A DNA stretch of 43,800 bases from the NCBI GenBank assembly GCA_003509785.1, contig DOMY01000041.1, positions 13,480 through 57,279 on the forward strand, written 5' to 3'. Made by a program: the position numbers and the translations under genes. Source of the stretch: Gemmobacter sp. Its GTDB lineage: Bacteria; Pseudomonadota; Alphaproteobacteria; Rhodobacterales; Rhodobacteraceae. Under the pieces are notes generated by a model. It did not search any database. It was given only the letters and a program-made list of their open reading frames with translations, and was not told where the DNA came from. This document shows, in pieces, positions 20,837 to 32,554 of this stretch (within the stretch, counting starts at the first letter, position 1; every line of letters starts with the position of its first letter).

Positions 20837-21549
20837 CAAGCCACCGCCGCTTTTTGTGCTGCGATCAAAGTATCTGCTCCGGCCTCAGCCAGGTCCAGCA
20901 AGTTAATCATCTCTTCGCGCGAAAAGGTGGAGCCTTCAGCAGACATTTGCACTTCGATAAGCCGCTTGCGACCAGTGAGCACAAAGTTTCCATCGGTTCC
21001 TGCCGCAGAATCTTCAGCATAGTCGAGATCCAGCAAGGGCTGTCCAGCATAGACGCCGCAGGAAACAGCTGCGACATGGTCGATGATCGGGTCAGATACG
21101 ATTGCGCCGGTTTTCAGAAGCTTGTTCACCGCTAGCCGCAGGGCCACCCATCCTCCGGTGATTGACGCACAGCGTGTGCCTCCATCAGCCTGGATAACAT
21201 CGCAGTCAATCACGATCTGCCGTTCCCCAAGCGCAGAGCGGTCGACGCCGGCCCGAAGTGCCCGGCCGATCAGGCGCTGTATTTCCTGCGTGCGGCCACT
21301 TTGTTTGCCCAAGGCAGCTTCGCGCCGGTTGCGGGAATGTGTCGCGCGCGGCAACATGCCGTATTCTGCCGTTACCCAGCCCAGCCCGGTATTCTTCAAG
21401 AACGGCGGCGCTTTGTCTTCGATCGTCGCGGTGCAAAGCACATGCGTATCGCCCATTCGGATCAGGCAAGAGCCTTCCGCGTGTTTTGTCACGTTGGTTT
21501 CGATCAAAACCGCGCGCAACTCGTTCAAACTCCGTCCAGAGGGCCGCAT
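20836..21549 (-). CDS. rph: Ribonuclease PH
   Basis: [39 protein letters not shown]; AGGA SD. Confidence 0.98.
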   Translation of the reverse strand: MRPSGRSLNELRAVLIETNVTKHAEGSCLIRMGDTHVLCTATIEDKAPPFLKNTGLGWVTAEYGMLPRATHSRNRREAALGKQSGRTQEIQRLIGRALRAGVDRSALGERQIVIDCDVIQADGGTRCASITGGWVALRLAVNKLLKTGAIVSDPIIDHVAAVSCGVYAGQPLLDLDYAEDSAAGTDGNFVLTGRKRLIEVQMSAEGSTFSREEMINLLDLAEAGADTLIAAQKAAVA

Positions 21550-21613
21550 ATCTATATCCTTGTGCATGATTTATGCCCAAATAGGCATCGGGGGCGATAC
21601 GATGCAACCCTCA

Positions 21614-21643
21614 TTGACGTCGCTATGACGGGCACTTTAATTT
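21614..21643 (+). promoter_or_regulatory. Candidate promoter of hrcA-grpE
   Basis: TTGACG-N17/18-TTAATT/TAATTT in the rph-hrcA divergent spacer. Confidence 0.5.
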
Positions 21644-21661
21644 GACTGACCACAATGCTGG

Positions 21662-22744
21662 ATGAATGAAATGTCTGACGGGACAACGATCCTATCGGAA
21701 CTGAATGACAGATCGCGCGAGGTGTTTCGCAGGGTCGTCGAATCCTATCTGGCCTCCGGGGATCCGGTCGGGTCGCGTACCCTCACGCGTGACTTTTCCG
21801 AAAAGATATCTGCAGCCACGATCCGGAATGTGATGCAGGATCTGGAGTATATGGGGCTGCTCGACAGCCCTCATATTTCGGCGGGCAGGGTGCCGACCCA
21901 GCTAGGCTTGCGGATGTTCGTCGATGGCTTGCTGGAGGTTGGCACCGTCGCTTCGGCCGACCGGGAGATGATAGATTCCACGCTTGGTAACGGCACACCT
22001 GATGTGGCCAATCTTCTGGATCGGGTCGGATCCGCCTTGTCAGGGATCACCCGAGGCGCAAGCCTTGTGGTCACGCCCAAGCACGAAGAGGCACCAATCC
22101 GCCACATCGAATTTGTCAACCTTGCCCCACAGCGGGCATTGGTGGTGCTGGTATTTGCGGATGGCCATGTTGAAAATCGGTTGTTCACACCACCGCCTGG
22201 GCTGACCCCCTCGGCAATGCGGGAGGCGGCGAACTTTCTTAACGCATTGGCTGGGGGAAAGACCCTGTCTGATTTGCGGGGGTCAGTTCGCAAGGATATC
22301 GAAAGCCGTCGGCAGGAAATCGATTCGTTGGCTCGGGCGCTGGTCGAAAGTGGGCTGGCGCTGTGGGAGGATGCGGGAGAGCAGAACGAACGGCTCCTTA
22401 TCCGTGGCCGGGCCAATCTTCTGGAATCTACCTCGGAAACCACGGATCTGGATCGCATTCGCCGCCTGTTCGATGATCTGGAACGCACGCGTGATCTGGC
22501 CGATTTCCTTGATCTGACCGAACAGGGCGAGGGTGTGCGCATTTTTATTGGCTCAGAGAACAAACTCTTTTCACTTTCGGGTTCCTCTCTGGTGGTCTCT
22601 CCCTATATGAACGCTGACCGGAAGATCATCGGCGCCGTGGGCGTGATTGGCCCGACGCGGCTGAACTACGGGCGTGTCGTGCCGATTGTCGACTATACGG
22701 CGCAACTTGTTGGCCGACTGGTGGCTGACAGGGGCATGGGATGA
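21662..22744 (+). CDS. hrcA: Heat-inducible transcription repressor HrcA (start may be 21671)
   Basis: PVGSRTL, SAATIRNVMQDLE, PHISAGRVPT, IFIGSEN, VIGPTRLNY. Confidence 0.97.
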   Translation: MNEMSDGTTILSELNDRSREVFRRVVESYLASGDPVGSRTLTRDFSEKISAATIRNVMQDLEYMGLLDSPHISAGRVPTQLGLRMFVDGLLEVGTVASADREMIDSTLGNGTPDVANLLDRVGSALSGITRGASLVVTPKHEEAPIRHIEFVNLAPQRALVVLVFADGHVENRLFTPPPGLTPSAMREAANFLNALAGGKTLSDLRGSVRKDIESRRQEIDSLARALVESGLALWEDAGEQNERLLIRGRANLLESTSETTDLDRIRRLFDDLERTRDLADFLDLTEQGEGVRIFIGSENKLFSLSGSSLVVSPYMNADRKIIGAVGVIGPTRLNYGRVVPIVDYTAQLVGRLVADRGMG

Positions 22745-22770
22745 TGGCACAGAGTATCGAGGAAGACGAC

Positions 22771-23304
22771 ATGGCGCAGGATCAGGCAGGTCCGAACGAT
22801 CTGAAGCTGGAAGAGTTTGAAGAATTCATCGAAGCAGACGAGCTGGAGGCGCTGCGCGCCGAACGGGACGATCTGCGCGACAGGTTTATGCGTGCGCTGG
22901 CCGATGCCGAAAACGCCCGCAAGCGCGGCGAACGTGACCGGCGCGAGGCTGAAAACTATGGCGGCTCCAAGCTGGCCCGCGATATGCTGCCAGTCTACGA
23001 CAATTTGCGCCGGGCCCTGAATGCAGTGACCGAAGAAGCGCGGGCACAGTCTTCGGCCATGATCGAAGGCGTGGAACTTACTTTGCGCGAGCTGGTCTCG
23101 GTCCTGGGGCGCCATGGCGTTACCCCGATCGTGCCCGAGGTTGGCGAAACCTTTGATCCGCAGCAACATCAGGCGATGTTTGAAGCACCGGTTCCGGGTA
23201 CGAAGGCGGGCCAGATCATTCAGGTGATGACCGAAGGCTTCATGATACATGACCGTCTTCTGCGTCCGGCACAGGTGGGCGTCTCGTCGAATACCGGCGC
23301 CTGA
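22771..23304 (+). CDS. grpE: Nucleotide exchange factor GrpE (alternative start 22741)
   Basis: RALADAENARKR, LPVYDNL, FDPQQHQAM, RLLRPAQVGV; GAGGA SD before 22771. Confidence 0.97.
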   Translation: MAQDQAGPNDLKLEEFEEFIEADELEALRAERDDLRDRFMRALADAENARKRGERDRREAENYGGSKLARDMLPVYDNLRRALNAVTEEARAQSSAMIEGVELTLRELVSVLGRHGVTPIVPEVGETFDPQQHQAMFEAPVPGTKAGQIIQVMTEGFMIHDRLLRPAQVGVSSNTGA

Positions 23305-23334
23305 TCCGCGCCACAGGCCTTTCGCAGGCGCTGG

Positions 23335-25977
23335 CTATCCCGCCAGCGCCTGCTTCATTTCATAAACCAGCTTCAGCGCTTCCATCGGCGTCAGCTCGTC
23401 GGGATTCAGCGCTTTCAACCGTGCCTCCACCTCCGAGTCCTTCTGCATCACCTTGACCGGGGCAGGGGGCGCAGCGCGGAATAGCGGCAGATCATCAATC
23501 AGCGCCTTCTGTCTGTTGCCACCTTCACGCTCGCCGCTTTCCAAAGCTTCCAGTACCACCTTGGCGCGGTCGATCACCGCCGCAGGCAGGCCGGCAAGAC
23601 GTGCGACCTGCACACCATAGCTGCGGTCGGCAGCGCCTTTGCGGACCTCATGCAGAAAGATCACCTCGCCTTCCCACTCCTTCACCGCAACCGTTGCATT
23701 TTCCACGCCGGGCAGTTTGCCCGCCAAAGCGGTCATCTCGTGGTAATGGGTGGCAAAGAGCGCGCGGCAACGGTTGGTGTCATGCAGGTGTTCCAGTGTG
23801 GCCCAGGCGATGCTCAGACCGTCATATGTGGCTGTACCGCGGCCGATCTCGTCCAGGATCACCATCGCGCGGTCATCGGCTTGATTAAGGATGGCAGCAG
23901 TCTCTACCATCTCCACCATAAAGGTGGATCGACCGCGCGCGAGATCGTCACTGGCACCCACGCGGCTGAACAGTTGGCTCACCAGGCCGATATGCGCGGC
24001 CCGGGCCGGTACATGACTGCCTGCCTGTGCCAGCAGGGCGATCAGCGCATTCTGCCGCAGGAAGGTGGATTTGCCCGCCATGTTCGGTCCGGTCAACAGC
24101 CAGATCGCTGGCGTATGCCGTTCTGCCAGTGCGCAATCATTGGCGACGAAGGAGGTATTACCCTGACGCCGCAGCGCGCGTTCCACAACCGGATGCCGCC
24201 CGCGTTCCACATGAAACGCATGGCTGGCATCCATCTTAGGGCGCACCCAATCTTCAGCTGCGGAAAGATCGGCAAAGCCGGCGGCTAGATCCAGCTCTGC
24301 CAGACTGGCCGCGGCAACCCCGATCCGTCCGGCCTCTGCCAGCACTGCGGCACGCAAGTTGGCGAAATGGCGCCGTTCGATCTCCAGCGCCCGATTGCCG
24401 GCGTTCAGGATCCGTGTCTCGATCTCGCTTAGTGGGATGGTGGTAAAGCGCACCTGGTTGGCCGTGGTCTGGCGATGGATGAAGGTTTCGCTCAGTGGCG
24501 GGGCCAGCATCTTTTCGGCATGGGTCGAGGTGGTTTCGATGAAATAGCCCAGCACATTATTATGTTTGATCTTGAGGCTCTGAATCCCTGTTCGTGCCAC
24601 ATAATCGGCCTGCATGGCGGCGATCACGCCGCGGCCTTCGTCACGCAGCTGCCGGGTTTCGTCCAGATCGACGTCAAACCCTGCTGCGATGAAGCCCCCA
24701 TCGCGCGCCAGAAGCGGCGGCTCTGCCACAAGCGATTGATCTAGAATGGAAATAACATCGTCCATTCCGATCAGCCCAAGCGCGGCCTCGGCCAGCAGCG
24801 GGACATCCAGCCCTGCGATCCGGTCGGTAATCAATGTGGCTTGTGACAGACCATTGCGGATGGCGGCAAGGTCGCGCGGGCCGCCGCGGTCCAGGGCAAG
24901 GCGTGACAGTGCGCGATCCATGTCGGGCACCCGCCGCAAAGCCTCGCGCAGATCCTCGCGCAGCCGGGCATCGTCCAGCAGCCGGTCGATCGCGTCGTGA
25001 CGCGCAGCGATCTGTCCCAGATCGCGCGAAGGGGCCGACAGTCGCCGTTCCAGCAGCCGTGCCCCGCCGGCGGTCACCGTGTGATCTACCACATCCAACA
25101 GGCTACCCGCCCGGCCGCCTGACAGGGCTGCGGTAATTTCCAGATTGCGCCGGGTCGCGGCGTCGATCTGCATGGCGCCCCCGAGCGCCTCGCGCAGCGG
25201 GGGGCGCAGCAGCGGCAGCTTGCCGCGCTGGGTCAGCTCCAGATATTCCACCAGCGCGCCCATGGCTGCCAGTTCGGCGCGGCCGAAGGCACCAAAAGCC
25301 TCCAGTGTGCCGACCTGCCACAGGCCGCACAGCCGCCGCTCTGCCCCCGTGCTGTCAAAGGCTGCCCGCGCCATCGGCGTGACGGCGGCGCCCAGATCCT
25401 CGGCCAGCCCGCGCAGATCAGCCTCGGCGGTATCGCTCACCAGCACCTCACGCGGGGACAGCCGCGCCAGTTCTGGCGACAGGCGTGCGCGGGGGCAAGG
25501 CATCACCCGCAACTCGCCGGTGGAAATATCGGTCCATGCCAGCGCACCTTCGTCACGTACCTCGGCATAGGCGGCCAGATAGTTGTGGCGCCGCGCCTCC
25601 AGCAGGCTGTCCTCGGTCAGTGTGCCTGGCGTCACCAGCCGCACCACATCGCGCCGCACCACCGATTTCGACCCGCGCTTCTTTGCTTCGGCTGGGTCTT
25701 CCATCTGCTCGGCAATCGCCACGCGAAAGCCCTTGCGGATCAGCATCAGCAGATAACCTTCCGCTGCATGAACAGGCACGCCGCACATTGGGATCGGCTC
25801 GCCCATGTGGGTGCCACGCTTCGTCAGCGCAATATCCAGCGCCCCGGATGCCGCTACCGCATCGTCAAAGAACATCTCGTAGAAATCGCCCATCCGGTAG
25901 AACAGGATCGCATCGGCATAGCCCGCCTTGATCTCCAGATATTGGGCCATCATCGGCGTCACGGTTTCTTCGGTCAC
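23335..25977 (-). CDS. mutS: DNA mismatch repair protein MutS
   Basis: [47 protein letters not shown]; GTG 25977 with GGGGGA SD. Confidence 0.98.
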   Translation of the reverse strand: MTEETVTPMMAQYLEIKAGYADAILFYRMGDFYEMFFDDAVAASGALDIALTKRGTHMGEPIPMCGVPVHAAEGYLLMLIRKGFRVAIAEQMEDPAEAKKRGSKSVVRRDVVRLVTPGTLTEDSLLEARRHNYLAAYAEVRDEGALAWTDISTGELRVMPCPRARLSPELARLSPREVLVSDTAEADLRGLAEDLGAAVTPMARAAFDSTGAERRLCGLWQVGTLEAFGAFGRAELAAMGALVEYLELTQRGKLPLLRPPLREALGGAMQIDAATRRNLEITAALSGGRAGSLLDVVDHTVTAGGARLLERRLSAPSRDLGQIAARHDAIDRLLDDARLREDLREALRRVPDMDRALSRLALDRGGPRDLAAIRNGLSQATLITDRIAGLDVPLLAEAALGLIGMDDVISILDQSLVAEPPLLARDGGFIAAGFDVDLDETRQLRDEGRGVIAAMQADYVARTGIQSLKIKHNNVLGYFIETTSTHAEKMLAPPLSETFIHRQTTANQVRFTTIPLSEIETRILNAGNRALEIERRHFANLRAAVLAEAGRIGVAAASLAELDLAAGFADLSAAEDWVRPKMDASHAFHVERGRHPVVERALRRQGNTSFVANDCALAERHTPAIWLLTGPNMAGKSTFLRQNALIALLAQAGSHVPARAAHIGLVSQLFSRVGASDDLARGRSTFMVEMVETAAILNQADDRAMVILDEIGRGTATYDGLSIAWATLEHLHDTNRCRALFATHYHEMTALAGKLPGVENATVAVKEWEGEVIFLHEVRKGAADRSYGVQVARLAGLPAAVIDRAKVVLEALESGEREGGNRQKALIDDLPLFRAAPPAPVKVMQKDSEVEARLKALNPDELTPMEALKLVYEMKQALAG
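24203..24218. promoter_or_regulatory. Degenerate parS-like site inside mutS
   Basis: CGTTCCACATGAAACG; one central mismatch to GTTNCACGTGAAAC; encodes AFHVER. Confidence 0.45.
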
Positions 25978-26104
25978 GCAGCATCCCCCTGAAAGCCTGC
26001 CGACCCTACAGAACCCGGCCGCCTGCGAAAAGGCCAACTGCATCGTTGGCATAGCCAAGCCAGGGCGCTATGAGAGAGAACTTTCATTGCAGGATGGCCC
26101 CCTG

Positions 26105-28360
26105 ATGACCAAGACCAAGATCACCCCGGAAGAAGCGCTCGCCTATCACCTGGAGCCGAAGCCCGGCAAATACGAGATTGTCGCCACAACGCCCATGGCC
26201 ACCCAGCGCGATCTGTCGCTGGCCTATAGCCCTGGTGTGGCGGTTCCGGTTCAGGCGATCGCTGACCGGCCAGAGACCGCCTATGATTATACCGTCAAGG
26301 GCAACATGGTTGCGGTCATCTCCAATGGCACGGCGATTCTTGGCATGGGCAATCTGGGGGCGCTGGCATCAAAGCCGGTGATGGAAGGCAAGGCCGTGCT
26401 GTTCAAGCGCTTTGCCGATGTGAATGCCATCGACATCGAACTGGATACCGAAGACCCGGAAGAGATCATTCAGGCTGTGCGCCTGATGGGGCCGACGTTT
26501 GGCGGCATCAACCTTGAAGACATCAAGGCGCCCGAATGCTTCATCATCGAACAGCGCCTGAAAGAGATCATGGACATTCCGGTGTTCCATGACGATCAGC
26601 ATGGCACGGCGGTGATCTGCGCAGCCGGTCTCATCAACGCGCTGGAGCTTTCGGGCAAGAAGATTGGCGATGTGAAGATTGTACTGAACGGGGCCGGCGC
26701 TGCCGGCATCGCATGCCTGGAACTGCTGAAATCCATGGGCGCCAAACATGACAATTGCATCATGTGCGATACCAAGGGCGTCATCTATCAGGGCCGTACC
26801 GAAGGCATGAACCAATGGAAGTCGGCGCATGCTGCCAATACTCCGGCCCGTACGCTGGAGGAGGCGATGCGCGGTGCCGATGTCTTCCTGGGCGTGTCGG
26901 CCAAAGGTGCGGTGACGCCGGATATGGTGGCCAGCATGGCCGAAAACCCGGTGATCTTCGCCATGGCCAACCCCGATCCGGAAATCACCCCGGAAGAGGC
27001 CCATGCCGTCCGCGCGGATGCCATCGTGGCGACTGGTCGCAGCGATTATCCGAACCAGGTGAACAACGTCCTCGGCTTCCCCTATCTGTTCCGTGGCGCG
27101 CTGGATATCCACGCCCGCGCCATCAATGACGAGATGAAAATCGCCTGTGCGCAGGCGCTGGCGAAACTGGCGCGGGAAGATGTGCCGGATGAGGTGGCGA
27201 TGGCCTATGGCCGCAAGCTCAGCTTCGGCCGCGATTACATCATCCCCACGCCGTTCGACCCCCGGCTGATCCATGTGATCCCGCCGGCCGTTGCCAAGGC
27301 TGGCATGGATACCGGCGTGGCGCGTCGTCCGATCATTGATCTGAAAGGCTATGAGGCCAGCCTGAAGGCGCGGATGGATCCGACGGCCTCTATCCTACAG
27401 GGGGTCCATGCGCGGGCACGGCAGGCACAGGCCCGCATGATCTTTGCCGAAGGCGATGATCCGCGCGTGCTGCGTGCCGCAGTCGCCTATCAGCGCGCTG
27501 GTCTGGGCAAGGCGCTGGTGGTCGGCCGCGAACAAGATGTGCGCGAGAAACTCGACGCCGCCGGCCTGCATGATGCCGTGCGCGAACTGGAGGTGGTGAA
27601 TGCCGCCAATTCCCGCCATCTCGATCACTACAAGGATTTCCTTTACAATCGCCTTCAGCGCGAAGGGTTCGACAGGCTGGACATCCACCGCCTTGCCGCC
27701 CGTGACCGGCATGTGTTTTCGGCACTGATGCTGGCGCATGGCCATGGCGATGGCGTGGTGACCGGGGCCACCCGAAAATCGGCGCATGTGCTGAAGCTTA
27801 TCAACCATGTCTTCGATGCCGATGCCGCCGCTGGCGCCGTGGGGGTGACCGCGCTGTTGCACAAGGGCAAGATCGTGCTGATCGGCGATACGCTGGTACA
27901 GGAATGGCCAGAACCGCAGGATCTGGCCAATATTGCCGTGCGCTGTGCAAGCGTAGCCCGCGGGCTGGGGCTGGAGCCGCGCGTGGCTTTCGTCAGCTTC
28001 TCGACCTTCGGTTATCCGGTTTCGGAACGTGCCACCAAGATGCACGAGGCGCCGAAGGTGCTGGATGGGATGAAGGTGGATTTCGAATATGATGGTGAAA
28101 TGACGGTGGATGTGGCGCTGAACCCCGGTGTCATGTCGCATTATCCGTTCTGCCGTCTGTCCGGCCCGGCCAATATCCTGGTGGTGCCGGCCCGCCATTC
28201 GGCCTCGATCTCGGTCAAGCTGTTGCAGGAAATGGCTGGCGCCACGGTGATCGGTCCGATCCTGACCGGGGTGAAGAAGCCGATCCAGATCTGTTCGACG
28301 AATTCCACGGTGAACGATATCCTGAACATGGCGGCGCTGGCTGCCTGCAAGATCGGCTAA
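26105..28360 (+). CDS. maeB: NADP-dependent malic enzyme with PTA-like C-terminal domain
   Basis: [43 protein letters not shown]; C-terminal PTA-like domain. Confidence 0.97.
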   Translation: MTKTKITPEEALAYHLEPKPGKYEIVATTPMATQRDLSLAYSPGVAVPVQAIADRPETAYDYTVKGNMVAVISNGTAILGMGNLGALASKPVMEGKAVLFKRFADVNAIDIELDTEDPEEIIQAVRLMGPTFGGINLEDIKAPECFIIEQRLKEIMDIPVFHDDQHGTAVICAAGLINALELSGKKIGDVKIVLNGAGAAGIACLELLKSMGAKHDNCIMCDTKGVIYQGRTEGMNQWKSAHAANTPARTLEEAMRGADVFLGVSAKGAVTPDMVASMAENPVIFAMANPDPEITPEEAHAVRADAIVATGRSDYPNQVNNVLGFPYLFRGALDIHARAINDEMKIACAQALAKLAREDVPDEVAMAYGRKLSFGRDYIIPTPFDPRLIHVIPPAVAKAGMDTGVARRPIIDLKGYEASLKARMDPTASILQGVHARARQAQARMIFAEGDDPRVLRAAVAYQRAGLGKALVVGREQDVREKLDAAGLHDAVRELEVVNAANSRHLDHYKDFLYNRLQREGFDRLDIHRLAARDRHVFSALMLAHGHGDGVVTGATRKSAHVLKLINHVFDADAAAGAVGVTALLHKGKIVLIGDTLVQEWPEPQDLANIAVRCASVARGLGLEPRVAFVSFSTFGYPVSERATKMHEAPKVLDGMKVDFEYDGEMTVDVALNPGVMSHYPFCRLSGPANILVVPARHSASISVKLLQEMAGATVIGPILTGVKKPIQICSTNSTVNDILNMAALAACKIG

Positions 28361-28375
28361 AGGGAGGAAAGCGGC

Positions 28376-29242
28376 ATGGCGATCTGGAATCTGGGGTCGA
28401 TCAATATCGACCATGTCTATCGCGTACCGCATCTGCCGGCGCCGGGCGAAACGCTTTCGGCGCTGGAATACAGTCAGGGTCTGGGCGGCAAGGGGGCGAA
28501 CCAGTCAGTCGCTGCTGCCCGGGCCGGCGCCATCTGCCATCATATCGGCGCCATTGGCCCAAGCAGCGGCTGGGTGCTGGATGAACTTACGGGTTATGGC
28601 GTGGATCTGGCGCATGTCACGGTGGGCGCGGTGCCCACGGGCCATGCCATTATCAATGTTGATCCGCAGGCAGAAAACAGCATTGTCATCTATCCCGGTG
28701 CCAACCGGGCAATAACGGCGGAAATGGCGGCCAGCGCATTGTCTGGGGCCGTCGCCGGCGACAGCTTGTTGCTGCAGAATGAAACCTCGGCCCAGGCCGA
28801 GGCGGCTGCGATTGCAGCTTCCAAGGGTCTGCGGGTGATTTATTCAGCCGCGCCCTTCGATATTGCCGCCGTGCGCGCCGTGCTGCCGCATGTTTCCCTG
28901 CTGGTGATGAACGAGATCGAGGCAGAACAGCTGCGCGCCGCCGAAGGTGCGCTGCCACCGCTGGATTGCATCATCACCAAGGGCGCACAGGGGGCGGAAT
29001 GGGTCTCGCCCAATGTGGCACCCCTCTTCATGCCCGCTTTCAAGGTGGCGCCGGTCGATACCACCGGCGCCGGCGACACGTTCATCGGCACTCTTGCCGC
29101 CGCGCTGGATCTTGGCCTTGCGCCCGAAGCTGCGATGCGCCGCGCTTCGGGCGCTTCGGCCATTCAGGTCACCCGCGCTGGTGCTGCGCAGGCGATCCCT
29201 ATGGCGGCTGAAGTGGATACATTTCTGAACACCCGTTCGTAA
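28376..29242 (+). CDS. rbsK: Ribokinase (PfkB family)
   Basis: GSINID, GGKGANQ, LQNE, NEIE, VDTTGAGDTF; GGAGG SD. Confidence 0.9.
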   Translation: MAIWNLGSINIDHVYRVPHLPAPGETLSALEYSQGLGGKGANQSVAAARAGAICHHIGAIGPSSGWVLDELTGYGVDLAHVTVGAVPTGHAIINVDPQAENSIVIYPGANRAITAEMAASALSGAVAGDSLLLQNETSAQAEAAAIAASKGLRVIYSAAPFDIAAVRAVLPHVSLLVMNEIEAEQLRAAEGALPPLDCIITKGAQGAEWVSPNVAPLFMPAFKVAPVDTTGAGDTFIGTLAAALDLGLAPEAAMRRASGASAIQVTRAGAAQAIPMAAEVDTFLNTRS

Positions 29243-29245
29243 AGA

Positions 29246-32200
29246 CTAAACTGGCATCAGAACGGCGGTCTTCGTCCAGAGGATTGCCGTTTCGATCTGT
29301 CGTCCCGGGTAGATCTGCGCTAGCGCTGCGCGATATGCGGCCATCTGGCGTTTCAGTCCTTCCGGCACATCTTCGGCACGATTGGGCACCAATGTGTTGG
29401 ATTTGTAATCCACCGCCAGCACCCGATCCGCCGTCACCACCAGCCGGTCGATGGCGCCATACAGGCGCTGCCCTTGATAATCGGCCGTGATCGCCACCTC
29501 TGTAAGCGCATCTGCGGCAAAGACCGGCGCTAGATCCGGGGCCGCAATCACGCGTGCCGCCTCGTCCAGCATTGCCGCACATTCCGCCGGATCGGGGATC
29601 AGCGAGGCCGCAAGCGTAGGCCATTGCGTGGTCTCTTTGCCCGGCAGATGTTCCAACAGCAGATGCAACCAGGTGCCGCGCAGCTTTGCGTCTTCGCTTT
29701 CCCCCAGATGATCGCCAAAGATCACTTTCGCACCACCCAGACCTGAAGGGCTGAGGGCCTGAGGCGGCCGGGCAGGTTCAGTGGCGGGCAGGCCTAGCCA
29801 TTGTGGCAGGGCCGGAGGCAGAGCGGGCATCTCCACCTTCTCCGCCTTTACCGCCGCTGGCCAATCCCCAAAGCCATGGCGCAGCACCCCATCTTCGCCA
29901 GCGTCGGCCCCCAGCCGCAGGGCACCTGCCCGGATCAGATCATACCAGGCGGGCTCGCGATCTTCGCCCTTTTTCGCTTCCTTCTCGGATGCCAGCTTTC
30001 CGGCTGAAGCTACGATCAGCCAACTTTGCGCCCGCGTCAGCGCCACATAGAGCAGGCGCATACTTTCTGCCCGCTGTCGATCTTGCCGGGCGCGGCGAAT
30101 GTCGGTGATGGCCGCCGGGCTGCCTGCGCCCTCGGTACGCCAGACCGCGGTTTCACCCAGCCGATAGATCTCGTCGCGGTCGCGCGGGCTGTGGTCGGCG
30201 GTATCCGGCAGGATCACGACGGGCGCTTCAAGCCCTTTTGATCCATGCACCGTCATCACCCGGATCTTCTGGCCCGCGCTGTCCATCTGCCGCTTCACCT
30301 GCACATCATCCGTCTGCAGCCAGGTCAGAAAGCCGGTCAGGCTGGGCACATCATTGCGTTCATAGGCCAAAGCCTGCGACAGCAGCTCGTCTATGCCATC
30401 CTCGGCCTCGGACCCCAGCCGCGCCAGCAGCTTGCGGCGGCCGTCATGCCGGGTCAGCATGCGTTCGATCAGATCGAAAGGGCGCAGGAAATCGGCCTGA
30501 TCGCGCATGTCCTTTAAAATGCGCGTGGTTTCAAGGTGATCTGGGTCATGGCGCAATGCCTCCCACAGATAGCCTTTGCGCGGCTGCGCCAGCCGATAGA
30601 GCATGTCCTCGGTCCAGCCCAACATAGGCGAGCGCAGCAATTCGGCCAGAGCCAGATCGTCTTCAGGGGTCGAAAGAAAGGCCAGTAGTGCAGTGATATC
30701 CTTCACCGCTATTTCCCCCCCCAGATGCAGCCTGTCGGCGCCGGCGATGGGAAGCTGCAACGCTTTGCAAGCGCGGATCACTTCGGAAAACAACGGCGAC
30801 CTGCGGCGAACCAGGATCAGGAAATCCCCGGCATGAACCGGCCGAAAGTCGGCGCCATCCGGGATCGGTGTCTGGGCTTCAAGGATAGCCTTGATCCGTT
30901 CCGCCACCCGCCGACCCAGCTGTGCGGCGTGGTGTTCGCCCGTAATCAGATCGACGGGGTCTGTCCAATCCTCATCTTCCGGGTTTTCCGCGGCGGGAAT
31001 ATGCGGCCAGATCTCCACCCGCCCCGGCATGGCATCGCGAAAGGCGATGTGATGTGAGGCACCGCCCAGATCGGGGTGCAGATGCGGTGGAAAGGTTTCA
31101 TCCACCAGCCGCAGTACGGCAGGCGAAGACCGGAAGGAATGTTCCAGCTCCAACCCCTGAAAAGGCGCGCCGATGGCCTCCAACCGCCCCTTGAAAAGAT
31201 CGCGCATCCTGGCGAAGGCCGCCACATCGGCGCCCTGAAACGAGTAGATCGACTGTTTCTGGTCACCCACGACAAAGATCGTGCGCTCCACATCGCGCGC
31301 ACCGGCGCCGGCGGTAAATTCCTGCGCCAGCAGTTCGATCACGCGCCACTGATCGGGCGAGGTATCCTGCGCCTCGTCCACAAGGATATGGTCAATGCCG
31401 CCATCCAGCCGGAACAGCACCCATTGTGCCACAGCCGGATCAGTCAGCAGCGCCTTGGCGCGGGCGATCAGATCATCGAAATCCAGCGCTCCGCGCAGCA
31501 GTTTGCGCTGCGCATACAGTGGCAGGAAGGCGGCGGCAAAGCGGTGCAGCGCCACCGTGCGATCCGCCGCCATCAGCGCCAACCGCCGGGGCCGCGCGGC
31601 CTCTACCCGCAACATCAGCGCATCCAGCCGATCCTGCAGATGCGCCAGTTTCGGCGCAGTGGCCTTGGTCGCCAGCCCTGTCAGCTTGGCTGTGTAGCTT
31701 TTGCCCTCAACCTTCGATTCACCGAACAGCAGCGCCGACTCCAACGCGACCAACGTGCCAAGGCTGGGCGCAACGGAAATACCTGCGATCTTTGCAGCCA
31801 GTTTCACGTCATTTGCCGAACCTGTAGCCAGAATGGCGGCAGTTTCGGCCAACAGCTCCGCCTCGCCACCCAGCAGCACCTCGGATATCAGCCCTTGTGC
31901 GCTGGCATCTGTTGGCAGATCAAACAGAGCGCGGCAGGCGGCGGCATCCATCGGCGGGGCAAAGCCCGTGGCATGGCGCGCAACCTCTGCCGAAAGCTGG
32001 GCGAAATCCTCGCCGGTATAGAGCCGCGCCAGATCTTCCACCGCTTCTGGCGCCAGATGGTCGGCCATCTCCTCCACGATTTCTTCGCGCAGCAGTTTCG
32101 CCGCACGGTCATCCAGCTCGGTGAACTGCGGCGAAACCCCTGCTTCCAACGGAAAGCGGCGCAGTAGCGTGGCGCAGAAGCTGTGGATCGTCTGAATGCG

Positions 32201-32554
32201 AAGCCCGCCTGGCGTTTCGATTGCGCGGGCGAACAAGCGCCGCGCCTCTGCCAGTGTTTCACGGGAAACGCCGCCTTCTATGCCCAGTTCGGTCAGCGCG
32301 GCGCGCAGATCATCTTCCGGCTTCATCGCCCACTGGCCCAACCGGGCGAACAGCCTGTTCTGCATTTCCGATGCAGCGGCCTTGGTATAGGTCAGGCACA
32401 GGATACGTGCGGGTTCCACCCCGGCCAGCAACAGCCGCGCCACGCGGTCGGTCAGAACGCGGGTCTTGCCTGATCCGGCATTGGCCGACAGCCAGGTAGA
32501 ATGACGCGGATGCGCCGCTTGCACCTGCCGTTCGCTGGCGTCATTGCGCATCAT
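29246..32554 (-). CDS. addA: Double-strand break repair helicase/nuclease AddA
   Basis: ANAGSGKT, TYTKAAA, VDEAQDT, GDQKQSIYSFQG, MTVHGSKGLE, YVALTRA, nuclease GAIDRL..VDYKS; ATGA overlap with addB. Confidence 0.97.
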   Translation of the reverse strand: MMRNDASERQVQAAHPRHSTWLSANAGSGKTRVLTDRVARLLLAGVEPARILCLTYTKAAASEMQNRLFARLGQWAMKPEDDLRAALTELGIEGGVSRETLAEARRLFARAIETPGGLRIQTIHSFCATLLRRFPLEAGVSPQFTELDDRAAKLLREEIVEEMADHLAPEAVEDLARLYTGEDFAQLSAEVARHATGFAPPMDAAACRALFDLPTDASAQGLISEVLLGGEAELLAETAAILATGSANDVKLAAKIAGISVAPSLGTLVALESALLFGESKVEGKSYTAKLTGLATKATAPKLAHLQDRLDALMLRVEAARPRRLALMAADRTVALHRFAAAFLPLYAQRKLLRGALDFDDLIARAKALLTDPAVAQWVLFRLDGGIDHILVDEAQDTSPDQWRVIELLAQEFTAGAGARDVERTIFVVGDQKQSIYSFQGADVAAFARMRDLFKGRLEAIGAPFQGLELEHSFRSSPAVLRLVDETFPPHLHPDLGGASHHIAFRDAMPGRVEIWPHIPAAENPEDEDWTDPVDLITGEHHAAQLGRRVAERIKAILEAQTPIPDGADFRPVHAGDFLILVRRRSPLFSEVIRACKALQLPIAGADRLHLGGEIAVKDITALLAFLSTPEDDLALAELLRSPMLGWTEDMLYRLAQPRKGYLWEALRHDPDHLETTRILKDMRDQADFLRPFDLIERMLTRHDGRRKLLARLGSEAEDGIDELLSQALAYERNDVPSLTGFLTWLQTDDVQVKRQMDSAGQKIRVMTVHGSKGLEAPVVILPDTADHSPRDRDEIYRLGETAVWRTEGAGSPAAITDIRRARQDRQRAESMRLLYVALTRAQSWLIVASAGKLASEKEAKKGEDREPAWYDLIRAGALRLGADAGEDGVLRHGFGDWPAAVKAEKVEMPALPPALPQWLGLPATEPARPPQALSPSGLGGAKVIFGDHLGESEDAKLRGTWLHLLLEHLPGKETTQWPTLAASLIPDPAECAAMLDEAARVIAAPDLAPVFAADALTEVAITADYQGQRLYGAIDRLVVTADRVLAVDYKSNTLVPNRAEDVPEGLKRQMAAYRAALAQIYPGRQIETAILWTKTAVLMPV
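32255..32270. promoter_or_regulatory. Degenerate parS site inside addA
   Basis: TGTTTCACGGGAAACG; one core mismatch; encodes VSRET. Confidence 0.6.

Noticed and set aside
21550-21661. CIRCE element upstream of hrcA
   Set aside because: Only a partial GGCACT; no TTAGCACTC-N9-GAGTGCTAA inverted repeat seen here or elsewhere in the window
23305-23334. Terminator between grpE and mutS
   Set aside because: Only a 4-5 bp stem and no U tract
27395-28432. 345-aa antisense ORF over maeB (likewise 31076-32167 over addA)
   Set aside because: Shadow ORFs opposite strongly supported genes
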